DNA of 63,836 bases, the filler included, from Octopus bimaculoides (lineage: Eukaryota), in assembly GCF_001194135.2 (NCBI RefSeq). It is 6 parts of 5 records of this genome, joined end to end, with 100 filler letters (N's around TTAATTAATTAA, not from the genome) between each part and the next. Parts side by side here need not be neighbours in the genome. Positions count along the whole stretch, not along the records: positions 37,787 to 40,854 come from NC_068990.1; positions 40,955 to 49,512 come from NC_068982.1; 4 more parts are not named here. One strand, given 5' to 3'. Position 1 is the first letter of the stretch. Every line of letters starts with the position of its first letter. The notes under the pieces are model-generated. The model was not told the DNA's origin, did no database searches, and worked only from the letters and a program-made list of their open reading frames with translations. Made by a program: the position numbers and the translations under genes. Positions 37,687-49,612 of this stretch are shown here, in pieces.

Positions 37687-37786
37687 NNNNNNNNNNNNNN
37701 NNNNNNNNNNNNNNNNNNNNNNNNNNNNNNTTAATTAATTAANNNNNNNNNNNNNNNNNNNNNNNNNNNNNNNNNNNNNNNNNNNN
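37687..37786. other. Artificial scaffold linker
   Basis: 44 N + TTAATTAATTAA + 44 N. Confidence 0.95.
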
Positions 37787-37811
37787 CATATAATGTTATA
37801 TAATATTTTAT

Positions 37812-37857
<46 letters not shown>

Positions 37858-38689
37858 CGTACATGCACACACCACACACACGCGCAAAACTCGTCACATA
37901 TATGTCTGATGCACAACCATTTCCAGGAAACTATAAGCTCCGACTTGTCTATAATAATAAATTTCTGTTACGGTGGGTATATTAAGTGACCTCTTCAAAG
38001 TTACTCAAATCTTCGAGGTGGATTTACATTGATACGTAACTTGTTTTGTGAAATTATGTATCTGTTCAAAACAGTTGCCTACATCAAGACGTCAACTTAT
38101 AGAGACAGCCAAGAAGATAATGTTTTTTTCATAAAGCTACTAACATATTCTTTTCCTCTCTTTGTGAAGACGCGACTAATACCTCTTAACACTACATTCA
38201 TGCGTACATACATACATACATACATACATACATACATGCATACATACATACATACATACATACATACATACATACATACATACATACATAGGCCACAACT
38301 TTTTATTGTAATCATGTAATATCGATCTGATTTGTTGTTTTATAAAGTATAAAGTATCTAAACTACAATTCAGTTTTAACCCATTTTATTTATTGTACAA
38401 TATATCCTGTTTAGAAGATTTGTGACCAATGAAATACTTCGGTAGATTATCAGTCAAAACGAAGTAAAATAAAAAAAATATATCAATAAAAACAATAAGT
38501 AACGAGAAGAAATATGTATCAGACATTTTGATAGTGGAAGCGTTTTTCATTTACGTCTAAAAAGTATATGTTCAAAAAAATTTTAACAATAAATTTTCAT
38601 TTGAGGTGTTTTATCGATTTTTTCCACTCTCAAGGTAATGTTAAACAGACGTGTAGTAAATGAATTACTCTCGCTATCTCTATCGCTTA

Positions 38690-38885
38690 TACATACATAT
38701 ATACATACATACATACATACATACATACATACATGCATACATACATACATACATACATACATACATGCATACATACATACATACATACATACATACATAC
38801 ATACATACATGCATACATACATACATGCATACATACATGCATACATACATACATACATACATACATACATACATACATACATACA
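38690..38885. repeat. (ACAT)n microsatellite with periodic GCAT variants
   Basis: Directly visible; source of the spurious YIHT/MYVC ORFs. Confidence 0.95.
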
Positions 38886-39105
38886 GATACAGAAATGATA
38901 CACACAGAAATATGTACAGCAATGTATACATGTGTGTATTTATTTTATATATCTATTGTCTTTATTAGCTATGTATGTTGATACGTACCTCCGAGGAAAA
39001 CTAAATGTAATTAGCTGTGGAGGTATATTAACATCTGTGTGGAGACATTTGCAAATTTTATTTCATATATGTATATATATATGTGTGCGTGTGTGTGTGT
39101 TTATG

Positions 39106-39158
<53 letters not shown>

Positions 39159-39889
39159 ATAATTTTGCTATGTGGATTCATAGGAATCAAGGCATTTCAA
39201 CTGTTATCGTACTTCGCCAAAATTGGCTAAGTACGATAACATAGAGCTCACTGTGAAATAGAAAATATTGAATACGTCAAGTGTTGGTAGGGCATGCAAG
39301 TACTTAAACCCAATTGAAATCAGAGATCTGACTCAATGGTGGGTCCATGGTGTGTCGTAGGTATAAAAAGTAAACACAGATGGTGTTTAAAACTTACGAA
39401 AGACGTTTCGGTAGAACATTATTTATTTAAGGTCGTCATAAAAGATTATATCATAATATATAATTCACTAACATCAGGTAAAATTTTTAACAGGTAAGAT
39501 TTTAAACATCGATCCGGACATAGCCAGCACTCGCTGGACTAGTGACTCATTTAAGTTTTACATTCGAATATATAGGATAATTTGAGGGTGTCCCTTAAAA
39601 CAGACACGTTAGAAAGAGAGACTTCATATAAGTATACAATCTAAATTCACCTAACTAAATTAGTTTCTGGTTTAACAATGACACCGAATAATCTCTGAAT
39701 CAATAGAAATAGCATTGTCGGGAGTTGTAATTAAAAAGTCATGAAAAACTTAGAAGATATATTCTCAGTCGAAGGAGACACTAATTTCATTGGTGCTCTT
39801 ATAGGAGAATGGATTATATTACTGATCACTAACGTATATGTGTTTGTAGAGTAGCATGCAGTCGGAGATGACTTGAACTTAGATCTGTC

Positions 39890-40135
39890 ATGAGGCCGGA
39901 GTTTAACCATTTCTCTATGGCGTATAAATGACTAAGACTACAACCCCGCCCCTGAACAGGATGACAGTCCGTCGCAGAGCTAATTTCACAGCTATTGCTG
40001 TAACTCATTCCTAGCTGAGTAGAGAGGAGTAACGAGAAATGAAGTGTTTGCTCAAGAACAAAACGTACTACCCAATCCAGGAATCGAAACTACAATCGTA
40101 AGATCGTGAGCGCAACACCCTAACCACTAGGCTTC
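39890..40135 (-). mobile_element. SINE family D (tRNA head, CORE-like segment)
   Basis: Minus strand has an A box TAGTGGTTAGG, a B box TTCGATTCC and TTCTTGAGCAAACACTTCATTT. Homolog at 23570-23770. Confidence 0.7.
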
Positions 40136-40507
40136 TCGCAGAAAGAAATTTGTATTTCAGTTGGCGTTATACTTTAAATACATGTCAGAAGATTTTAAAA
40201 GAGGTTTAATTAGTTTAACGTCAGAACCGCTATAGATAATAAGCAAAACACAACTGGTTCATTCAGCATATTGCAGTCAATTAACTTATCTTCTGTCAAT
40301 CGCCTAACTCTTTAATTGTGGCTCTCGCATAAGATTATCTGTTAATATAAAAATGGAAATGTTATTGAATTTGGAAATCGATCAAAGTTGTTTAAACATT
40401 TATTTCTAACGCTGTTCGTTGTATATATGATTTAGGATGCCGCCATCGACGACTCTGATATTGGGGATATTGGAAATGATATAATCCGGTCTGTATTTTC
40501 TATGGCT

Positions 40508-40593
<86 letters not shown>

Positions 40594-40651
40594 GTCATAC
40601 ACACACACACATACACGCACAAAACACATATACACATATATTTGTATCTTC

Positions 40652-40723
<72 letters not shown>

Positions 40724-40724
40724 G

Positions 40725-40756
<32 letters not shown>

Positions 40757-40854
40757 AGCATGCGTCTATGTGGAAGTGTGCTTGCATACACACACATATA
40801 TATATATTTGTGTGCTTATATGTATGTATGTATGTACATATATATGCATATGTA

Positions 40855-40954
40855 NNNNNNNNNNNNNNNNNNNNNNNNNNNNNNNNNNNNNNNNNNNNTT
40901 AATTAATTAANNNNNNNNNNNNNNNNNNNNNNNNNNNNNNNNNNNNNNNNNNNN
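40855..40954. other. Artificial scaffold linker
   Basis: 44 N + TTAATTAATTAA + 44 N. Confidence 0.95.
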
Positions 40955-41308
40955 GTGCAATGTCGAAGGGTCCCGATAGACGTCCATTGACGCGAACAAC
41001 CGAACGGATGCCTGTGTACAAGGCAGCCATCCAGCCGCAGAAAACGGGACCGAAGCCGGCCGCTTCGAGGACGGCCTCCAATTATCGATGGTCTACCCTA
41101 TCGGAAGCTTTGGATTGATCCAAATTGATCAGGGCCCCACCCATGCCAAGTTCCTTAACTACCCTCTCTATGATGTAGCGCATCAGATGGAGGTTGTCAT
41201 GGATGCTCCGGCCCGGCACGGCGCACGTCTGCTCCGTGCCGACCAGTTTCTCGATGAGAAGTGCCAACCGCTTGGCTAACACCTTGGCCAAAATTTTTAA
41301 GTCTGCAT

Positions 41309-41309
<1 letters not shown>
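40955..41309 (-). mobile_element. Tx1/L1-clade LINE RT fragment with one in-frame stop
   Basis: [77 protein letters not shown]. Confidence 0.85.
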
Positions 41310-41364
<55 letters not shown>

Positions 41365-41377
41365 CACATACACACAC

Positions 41378-41444
<67 letters not shown>

Positions 41445-41824
41445 TAGATAGATAGATAGATAGATATATAGATAGATAGATAAATAGACATACAGATATA
41501 GATGCATACATGTGTGTGTGTGTGTGTGTGTGTATGTGTGCGCGCGCACGCGTGTGTGTGTGTGTTTTAGTATTTGTGTTAGACCTCACCACTACCTGAT
41601 ACCTGGTGTTGGTTTGTTTACATTTGTGTAACTTATCTGTTCAGCAAAGGAGACCAACAGGGTAAGTACCAGGCTTTAAAAAAAAAGAAAATAGATACTG
41701 GGGTTGATTTGCATCCCAGTATGGCTTCTGTCCAGTCACTGAGCTGAAACAAGTAAAAGGTAGAAGGTATTTACAATAACTATGCTGCACTATATTTGAA
41801 TTATAGATTAAATGTGCTGAAGTA

Positions 41825-42225
41825 ATACTACATGCTTTGCAGAGACGTGGGGGATGAGGGAGGTAGAAAGGAGGCAACTAGATGTGTTTGAGATGAGACG
41901 TCTGAGGGCTATGGTTGGTGTGACATGGATGGACAGGATGAGAAATGAGGAGGTGCGAAAATGAGCAGGAATGAGAGGAAAACTAACAACCAAATTGGAT
42001 AGATGAATGTTGAGGTGGTTTGGCCACATGGAGAGGACAGATGAGGAGCAGAAAATAAGGAGGGTGATGAAGACTGAAGTGGTAGGCAGCAGAACAAGAG
42101 GCAGACCTCGGTTTGTGTGGATGGTTGGAGTGACGAAAGTTTTGGTGGTTAGAAGTGCTGGAGTGAGAGAGGCAAGGGAGTTTATAAACGATAGGAAAGC
42201 TTGGAGAGTGTTTGTGGATGGATGA
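41825..42225 (+). mobile_element. RTE-clade LINE C-terminal fragment
   Basis: LDVFEMRRLR..VTWMDRMRNEEVR..LRWFGHMER..RGRPRFVW. Confidence 0.8.
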
Positions 42226-42686
42226 GTGAATTTTAATGTTGCTCAAAGGGGTACGGAATCAGTATGATGCAGCAGGGATAAACCAGCATATGCTGTCAGG
42301 CCCCTCTGCTGATATTGGGGTGGGGATTACATTCTATGCCTTGACCCGAGCAGAGAATGAGGCTCACTCCTTTTAGCTGGGAAATGAATGGAATGCCTGG
42401 TGTGTGTCTTGTTGTGGCTACCACTCCTAAAAAAAAGTGGGGAATAGGCCTGGGTATATATAATACATTTTGCTTCAAACTACTGAGGAAGTTGCTTTAA
42501 AGTTATTATGCCCTGTTCTGATTCTAAAGTTTATGACAGCGAGTGAAAAAATAAGAGCTGGAAATTTCTCCTGTGTTTTTAATCATTACTTCAATTTTAA
42601 CTGACTTGGATGCAAGTACAAAGACATATATTACACCTACTAATTTTAACTGAAGATACTCTGTATCATGCTTCTCCATTTGTATC

Positions 42687-43647
42687 TGTAGTGAAACTAC
42701 CTCCCGCCATTAGACACAAACTACTATCGCCATTACATACAATCTTCTCATTTAAATATAAATAAATGTGAGCGTAGTAGAGAATCCATTCCTTGTCATC
42801 ACGTGACTGATTATTATTTGAATCAGCAAATTCTTCGAACCTTTCCCGCCAGAACGCAAACTGACCAATCACGGCCCCTAATAAGGTCACGTGATAGAGT
42901 AAAATTCTGAAGCCATTTGGAGCCCTCTTAACGCTATAAATAGATCAACTCATACCCCACAAATTTGTCTCGGTCCAGTTTCTCTTTGAGAACTGTTCCG
43001 TGTACCACACGACAGCAGCAGCAGTTCCAGCGACCACTTCATCAGCTTCGTCCAGCCAACGATGACCACCGCCGTCGCCACATCAGCAACAAGAGTCTAC
43101 GACTACTATCCAGCATCATCGTCATGACCAACACGATTACTACCAAGCATCAATCTCCACCAGCGTCTACACGACTTACTATGTACACCAAACCACCGCG
43201 GCACCTCTCTCTCTTCGATTCTGTTAGGTGACTCAGCTTCACCACGATAAATAAACAGACAAGATTCTCAGCCAGCGACGAACATCTGTATAACAAGAAT
43301 CACGGCCCGGCATCGATGCCACGACATCACAACTAGTGATCAGCTCTGCCACACTCAGCCTTTCCTCACTTTCACATACAGAACTTTTCCTATAGTGTAC
43401 TAACTGGTATAATCGCTCACGTGTTATTGACTCTTTCTCTGCTGTAATATTTCACATACACATACATGTATCACTCACATACATACTTTTCTTTGTATGA
43501 CGGCCTGTCTTTGATAATGTTCTTATATGTCGCATTCACACTCTCACACGGACATACATCTTTAACGCCATAATAAATATCTCTGTTATTCATCTAATAC
43601 GGTTGTGGTCTTTCATTACTGGTCATCTATGTTATCGTCGCATAACA
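42687..43647 (+). mobile_element. Solo LTR (Gypsy-like by TSD length)
   Basis: TGTAGTG...CATAACA flanked by a TATC direct repeat. Internally: CACGTG x2, CCAAT box (~42867), TATAAATA (~42935) and AATAAA near the 3' end. Confidence 0.7.
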
Positions 43648-43888
43648 TATCATGTATATCACATTTGATATATATTATTTTGTGTTCGACCGTGTGACAC
43701 GTTTAAATAAAAGGAGTCCTCTGTTTTTCCATTCGTCACCATTTCTCCTTTTTTGAGTTCGCACGGTCGTCCCTTACATATCCATAAACCTTTGTATTTT
43801 TGTTCTCTGCATCATCATGAGATTTATGTTTTTGAAACACTGAATTGTATAAACTGCAATGCACCTTTGAAAAGGGTCTGACACTTAC

Positions 43889-44791
43889 CCTGCTGCATCA
43901 AAATCAGTCACTTCATCAATTCTCATGAAAAGTACACATTTTTTACTGTGTCTGCCTTCTATAATTTTCAGTAGCAGAAAATGATTGTCCTGCATTCTAT
44001 CAGCCAAAGCAATACATCTGAAGGAGGAAGCACAAACTAAAATCTGTTTTTGAAATATATCTCAGTTACTTTGGACAATAGCTTCTAAGAGTTCATTGTG
44101 AAAACCAGGATTAATGTATTAAGTTCAAAATCAGTAATATTATATGTAGTGAATGGCTTATTACAGTCAAAGAGTTTTTGCATTTCAAAAGCTATTATCC
44201 AAGAAGGCCAGTTACTTGTGATAAGCGTGTGTTGGCATAAATACACATGATACATCCATCCACTAATAATTTTCTTACTAAGTTGTTTGTTTGTATTGCT
44301 TACCAAATGCAACATTGGAGTTTCAAATGCCTTTTCAATTTCATTTAATGAAGAAAATGATTTTACTTTTGAACATGAACATAACACTGTTTGTGATTTT
44401 AAATAATTTCTTTTCTGATATTCTGTTCCTTCTTCTGTGCAAATGGCAGGTAGTCAGTTGTAATAATTTCCACACCTTGCTGTTCCATTATTGTCAATGC
44501 ACAGAAAATATCTTACTCTTGAGTTTGACACTTTCCTTGTGACTGACAGAAATATCTCCAGATATTTCAGTTTATCAACTCTCCCTTACTTTTTACACCA
44601 TCAGATGAATGCTCTCTGGCTGTTTTCATTGTCTATTTCCACATGCTCAATTCAGTTCATGACTATCGAAGAACCAGAATCAGTGGAATAACAGTTTTCT
44701 GGAAAAAGTTCAAAATGCTTTTGTTTTCCTTTTGTGACTAATTATCCTTGGTTCATTAACTGAATTCCCCTTTGATATCATATCCTCAAAT
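43889..44791 (-). pseudogene. Decayed coding exon of unidentified protein
   Basis: Pyrimidine-rich AG acceptors at 44792-44793 and 44699-44700, and a GTAAGT donor after 43889. A protein-like frame is broken by five stops (4 TGA, 1 TAA) and 1-2 frameshifts in homopolymer runs. Confidence 0.5.
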
Positions 44792-45039
44792 CTCAAAATA
44801 AATAAAAATTAAAAAGACAAAAAACAAACATTGAAATGTAGTGTCAGAAACTAGAGTTTAGCATCAATGTGTATGAAATATGAATAATAGGAATTGCTGG
44901 ATATGATAACAAGCATGAAATCTTGCCTTTAGCAAAGTACATCCCGATTAAAATCATGTCTATGACCTAATTTTAAGCATTTCTAGATGCTCATGTGACA
45001 TGTGCTACTTTTTGCACTTTACGAACATCAAGTCAATCA

Positions 45040-45934
45040 TAACATCACCATTCTATTCTTACAATCTAATTATCCAACAGATGGTACCAATGGCAAGATA
45101 ATTTTGGGGCCTTTTGTTCTTGCAGAACTTGGTAATTTTGCAATATGAAACAGATAAATTTGAATGGTATTTGCGTAAAATACAAAAAAAAATAATAATA
45201 ATAGAATCCTCCTCCATGTTTAACAGTTGGAAGAAGGCAGTCTGGGTCAAATACTTCTTTTGGCTGTCTCAACACGTATACTCGGCCGGTGGTCAGAAAT
45301 AAGGTAAACGATGACTCATCTGAGAAAATAACATACTTCCACTGATCTAAGGACCAATTCTGTAGGGTTTTATTCTATTCTAAATGCTTTGCAACATTTG
45401 TTTTTGAAAGTAGTGGTTTTCTTATTGCAACCCTCCCATGAAATCCAGCTTTGTGTAGCTCCCGGCAAACAGTTTTTATGGAAACTGGGTTCCCGAGGTG
45501 GTCATTAAGCTCTGCAGTAATTTTGGGAGTTGTACTTTTGTGATCCTTTCTAACAATTTGCGTAAGAGTCCAACGGTCCCTATCTGAAAATATTGGTTTT
45601 CTTCCAGAGTTTTGTTTCGACGAGGAGGTTTTTCCCTCTTTCTCAAAGGCTGTCATTACTTTCAAGACAGTACTTCTTGATACACCAAACATTTCAGCTG
45701 TTTTCGTTACACTAGCACCTGCCATACGAGCACTAACAATTTGACCTCTTTGAAAGTCCAATAGATCTGTCATTTTAATGAATTTTAATTACCTTTCTCT
45801 TGTGATATCTGAAAAGAAAACACTAATAATAAATCAAAAGACATAAAAATAAACAAGCTTTTGACGGTTTTATGGATATTTCAAAATTATGATGCTTTGA
45901 TGCTAGGTGTTTCCATTATTTTGTCCAACCCCTA
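45040..45934 (-). mobile_element. Tc1 transposon, 3'-truncated and degenerate
   Basis: ORF 45375-45773 is a paired-like HTH (DFQRGQIV..GRKP..RELHKAG..AIRKPLL), followed by a degenerate FSDES..TVKHGGG. TIR AGGGGTTGGACAAAATAATGGAAACACC next to TA. Confidence 0.9.
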
Positions 45935-45936
45935 TA

Positions 45937-45983
<47 letters not shown>

Positions 45984-46505
45984 ATATATATATATATATA
46001 TGCATGTATGTATGTATGTGTGTATGTATGTATGTATGTGTGTGTATATGTGTCTTTGTGTCTCCGTTTGTCCGCCACTGCTGATTGAAAACTGGTGTTG
46101 GTGTGTTTACGTCCCTGTAACTTAGCAGTCCCGCAATAAGAGACTGATAGAATAAGTACCAGGGTCAATTCGCTTGACTAAAATTCTTCAAGACAGTGCT
46201 CCAGCATGGCCACAGTCTAATGAGTAAAACAAGTAAAATAAAAATAAAAAAAAGAATAAACTAATAAACTGTGTGGGAGCTTGTAACACCTACCCTCACC
46301 TGACCCTTTCTTCTCAATTTCAGCTTAACTGACCTTAGCATATCCTTAGTTCCTGAGATCCATTCCAATCACTTATATCATTTCATTACTGTACAAAATG
46401 AAAATTTTCACCAACCATTCCAGGTTGATCATTGTACATTCTATGTTGATCACTCCACATTTTAGAGATACTTTATGCTTATTTATATACTGCTACTTAC
46501 CTAGT

Positions 46506-46886
46506 GTGGAGGCGCAATGGCCCAGTGGTTAGGGCAGTGGACTCGCGGTCATAGGATCGCGGTTTCGATTCCCAGACCGGGCGTTGTGAGTATTTATTGA
46601 GCGAAAACACCTAAAGCTCCACGAGGCTCCAGCAGGGTATGGTGGCAAACCCTGCTGTACTCTTCCACCACAACTTTCTCTCACTCTTTTTCCTGTTTCT
46701 GTTGTACCTGTATTTCAAAGGGTCAGCCTTGTCACACTGTGTCACACTGAATATCCCTGAGAACTATGTTAAGGGTACACGTGTCTGTGGAGTGCTCAGC
46801 CACTTGCACGTTAATTTCATGAGCAGGCTGTTCTGTTGATTGGATCAACTGGAACTCTCGACGTCGTAAGCGACGGAGTGCCCACA
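46506..46886 (+). mobile_element. Full-length SINE family E with 11-bp TSD
   Basis: A box TGGCCCAGTGG and B box GGTTTCGATTCC. ACTTACCTAGT at 46495-46505 and 46887-46897. Confidence 0.9.
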
Positions 46887-47199
46887 ACTTACCTAGTTTT
46901 TAAAATTATCTCAGAGGAAATTAAGTAAGTAAACTGACAAGTAAGTCAGTACTTCTCTTAATCTAGTAAATTTCCAATATATGTCTATATGATCGCTCAA
47001 TGTGCTAGAAATAGCAATCTAAAGTTTTTCAAATTATACCTACCATCTTAGAAAAGAATGAACTGGACATAATCCTGCCTGGGTTCTCTGAAAAAAGATG
47101 GGATGAGCATAGCTAGAATGCCTTTGGTTATGCACTACTCTAACAAAGTTATGTAACAATGGAGTGCAACAAAGTTATGTAACAATGAAGTATTATATT

Positions 47200-47640
47200 A
47201 GTATGTGACAAAATTAGTCACTTTGATATTGTAATACACATAGCTCAGTGGTTAGAGCATTGGGCTCACAATCATGAGGTAGTGAGTTTGATTCCCAGAC
47301 TAGGCTGTGTTGTGTTCTTGAGCAAGACACTTTATTTCACACTGTTCCAGTGTGAAATAAAGTTGTAGGAATGAGTTGAAAACTCAGCTGTAGGAATGTT
47401 GAATAAAGCTGTAGGAATGAGTGAACACTCAGATGTAGGAATAAGTTGTAATGTCACTGGTGCCAAGCAGTATCAGCTTTTGCCTTTTCCTAGAATAACA
47501 TCGGTGGCATGGAGAAGGGAGGCTGGTATTCATGGGCAACTGCTGGTCTTCCATAAACAACCTTGCCTGGTTTTGTACCTCAGAGGGTAACGTTCTAGGT
47601 GCAATTCCATGGTTGTTCATGACCAAAGGGGGTCTTTACC
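47200..47640 (+). mobile_element. tRNA/CORE-like SINE with internal tandem expansion
   Basis: TAGCTCAGTGG..GAGTTTGATTCC..TGTGTTCTTGAGCAAGACAC, then 4 copies of (GC)TGTAGGAAT. Confidence 0.7.
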
Positions 47641-48949
47641 CTTTTTAGTGTAATATACATTGCTATATGATGATATTGTAATACAAAAATGTGATGAAAT
47701 TAAGTGACAATCAAATATAACACAGATGTGTATAAATGTTGGAAAAGAACTAAGTGTAATACTAGAATGTAACAAATTTATATGACTACGAAGTGTAATG
47801 TCAATGGGAAAGGAAGTTGTGTAACAACGCAGTGTAGCATATGTATATAACATATTTGTTTATGGATGAAATGAAACAATGAATTCTGTAGCAAAGTTAA
47901 AGTTATGTAACAGTGAAATATAACAAAGTTGTATAGAAATGAACTGTAATACTTGTGTGTAACAAGAATGTGTAAAAATAAAGTGCTTCCATATAGCTGT
48001 CTAATTATACCCTGAATTAATTACTATTCACAATCAAGAATCAGTATTTTGCACCCTAAGCCATTGCCAAAGAAAGGAAACAGATACATAAGTAAATAAA
48101 ATAAAATTCCTGTTGGAAAAATAACAAAGAAACCAATCAAAAGAAGCAATGAATTTCTACAGAACATTAACAAAATTCTTGAAGCAATCTTTTTCAGTTC
48201 CTTGCTTTTTGGGGTTGATGGATAAAGTTAGTAATGGTGATGGTAGTGGGGTTTGGTGATGGTGCGGTTTGTTGGGGGTGTAGAAATGTTTGCTCCCCTT
48301 CTTTCTTCTCTTTCTTTCCTTTTCTTTTTGTTTCTCCTTTTGCTTATTATTTGCTTATCTTCTGTCATTTTGAGACTTTTGTTTTTTATCCCTGTTAACA
48401 GGGGTGCAATGGTACTTAAACAGAATTCAGTCTTAGCTGGTATCAGTTGTTAAAGAGAAGAAAAAAAAAAGAAAATAATGATACACCTCAACAAAAATAG
48501 GATAACAAATGCAAAAATAACAAAAGAATTAGTCCAGTACTCTTCTACTTTTACCAAACCCCACCATCACATTTGGCAGGGATTCAACAGATAGCATTAA
48601 GGAACCAAGCATAAAACAGCATATAACTAGTATAAATATTTACTTGTCTTGGACATTTTCTGAACACTTTTGCTTCTATTGTGATACTAGCATACCTGTG
48701 TCATCAACAATGATAGAAGCATATTTATCTTACTTAAATGTTTTGAAAAAAAAAAAAAATGAAGCTGCAAATATTTCTGTAATGCATCTTCCAGTTTTAA
48801 AGTTAGGAACCTAAAAACAAGAAACTACATACAATTTAGTAAATTGTCTATGTTGATTGTCAATTTAATGCAAATTTGAAGTACTTTCCTCTTTTAGACT
48901 ATAAAAAGATTGGGCTCCTGTTCATGCAAATGACTAGAATGAACTGTTT

Positions 48950-49372
48950 TACTCTTTTTTACTCTTTTACATGTTTCAGCCATTTGACTGCGGCCATGTT
49001 GGAGCACCACCTTTAGTCAAGCAAATCGACCCCAGGACTTATTCTTTGTAAGCCTAGTACTTATTCTATCGGTTTCTTTTGCCAAACTGCTAAGTTACGG
49101 AGGATGTAAACACACCATCATTGGTTGTCAAGCGATGGTGTGGGGGATAAACACCGACACACAAACATATACACACACATACATATATATATATATATAC
49201 ATATATATGACGGACTTCCTTCAGTTTCCGTCTACCAAATCCACTCACAAGGCATTGGTCAGCCCGAGGCTATAGTAGAAGACACTTGCCCAAGGTGCCA
49301 CACAGTGGGAATGAACCCGGAACCATGTGGTCGGTAAGCAAGCTACTTACCACATAGCCACTCCTGTGCCCA
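48950..49372 (-). mobile_element. Full-length SINE family A
   Basis: Reverse complement of the 1040-1432 architecture. Confidence 0.85.
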
Positions 49373-49384
49373 AAATGAACAATG

Positions 49385-49476
49385 CGCCCGCAGAGGGACT
49401 CAAACCCGCGACCCTCAGATCACTTTTGAGGATAGCTCTTAAAAGTCTGATGCTCTACCGACTGAGCTACTAGGGC
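49385..49476 (-). tRNA. tRNA-Lys(TTT)-like gene or pseudogene with a 19-nt intron (49421-49439)
   Basis: GCCCTAG TA GCTCAGTCGGTAGAGC A TCAGA CTTTTA [AGAGCTATCCTCAAAAGTG] A TCTGA GGGTC GCGGG TTTGAGT CCCTC TGCGGGC G = 73+19 nt. T4 run ~10 nt downstream. Two acceptor-stem mismatches, one T-stem mismatch and C56T. Confidence 0.75.
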
Positions 49477-49512
49477 AAACAGTTTTTTTTTTTTGTTTTT
49501 TTCAGTTTAGGT

Positions 49513-49612
49513 NNNNNNNNNNNNNNNNNNNNNNNNNNNNNNNNNNNNNNNNNNNNTTAATTAATTAANNNNNNNNNNNNNNNNNNNNNNNNNNNNNNNN
49601 NNNNNNNNNNNN
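49513..49612. other. Artificial scaffold linker
   Basis: 44 N + TTAATTAATTAA + 44 N. Confidence 0.95.

Noticed and set aside
46506-46580. SINE heads as real tRNA genes (also families A, B and D)
   Set aside because: They have A and B boxes but no complete cloverleaf, and are attached to multicopy bodies.
48225-48735. Possible small minus-strand exons (KYASIIVDDT; KTEFCLSTIAPLL..) upstream of the pseudo-exon
   Set aside because: Splice signals are plausible but there is no homology or frame support; expected by chance.
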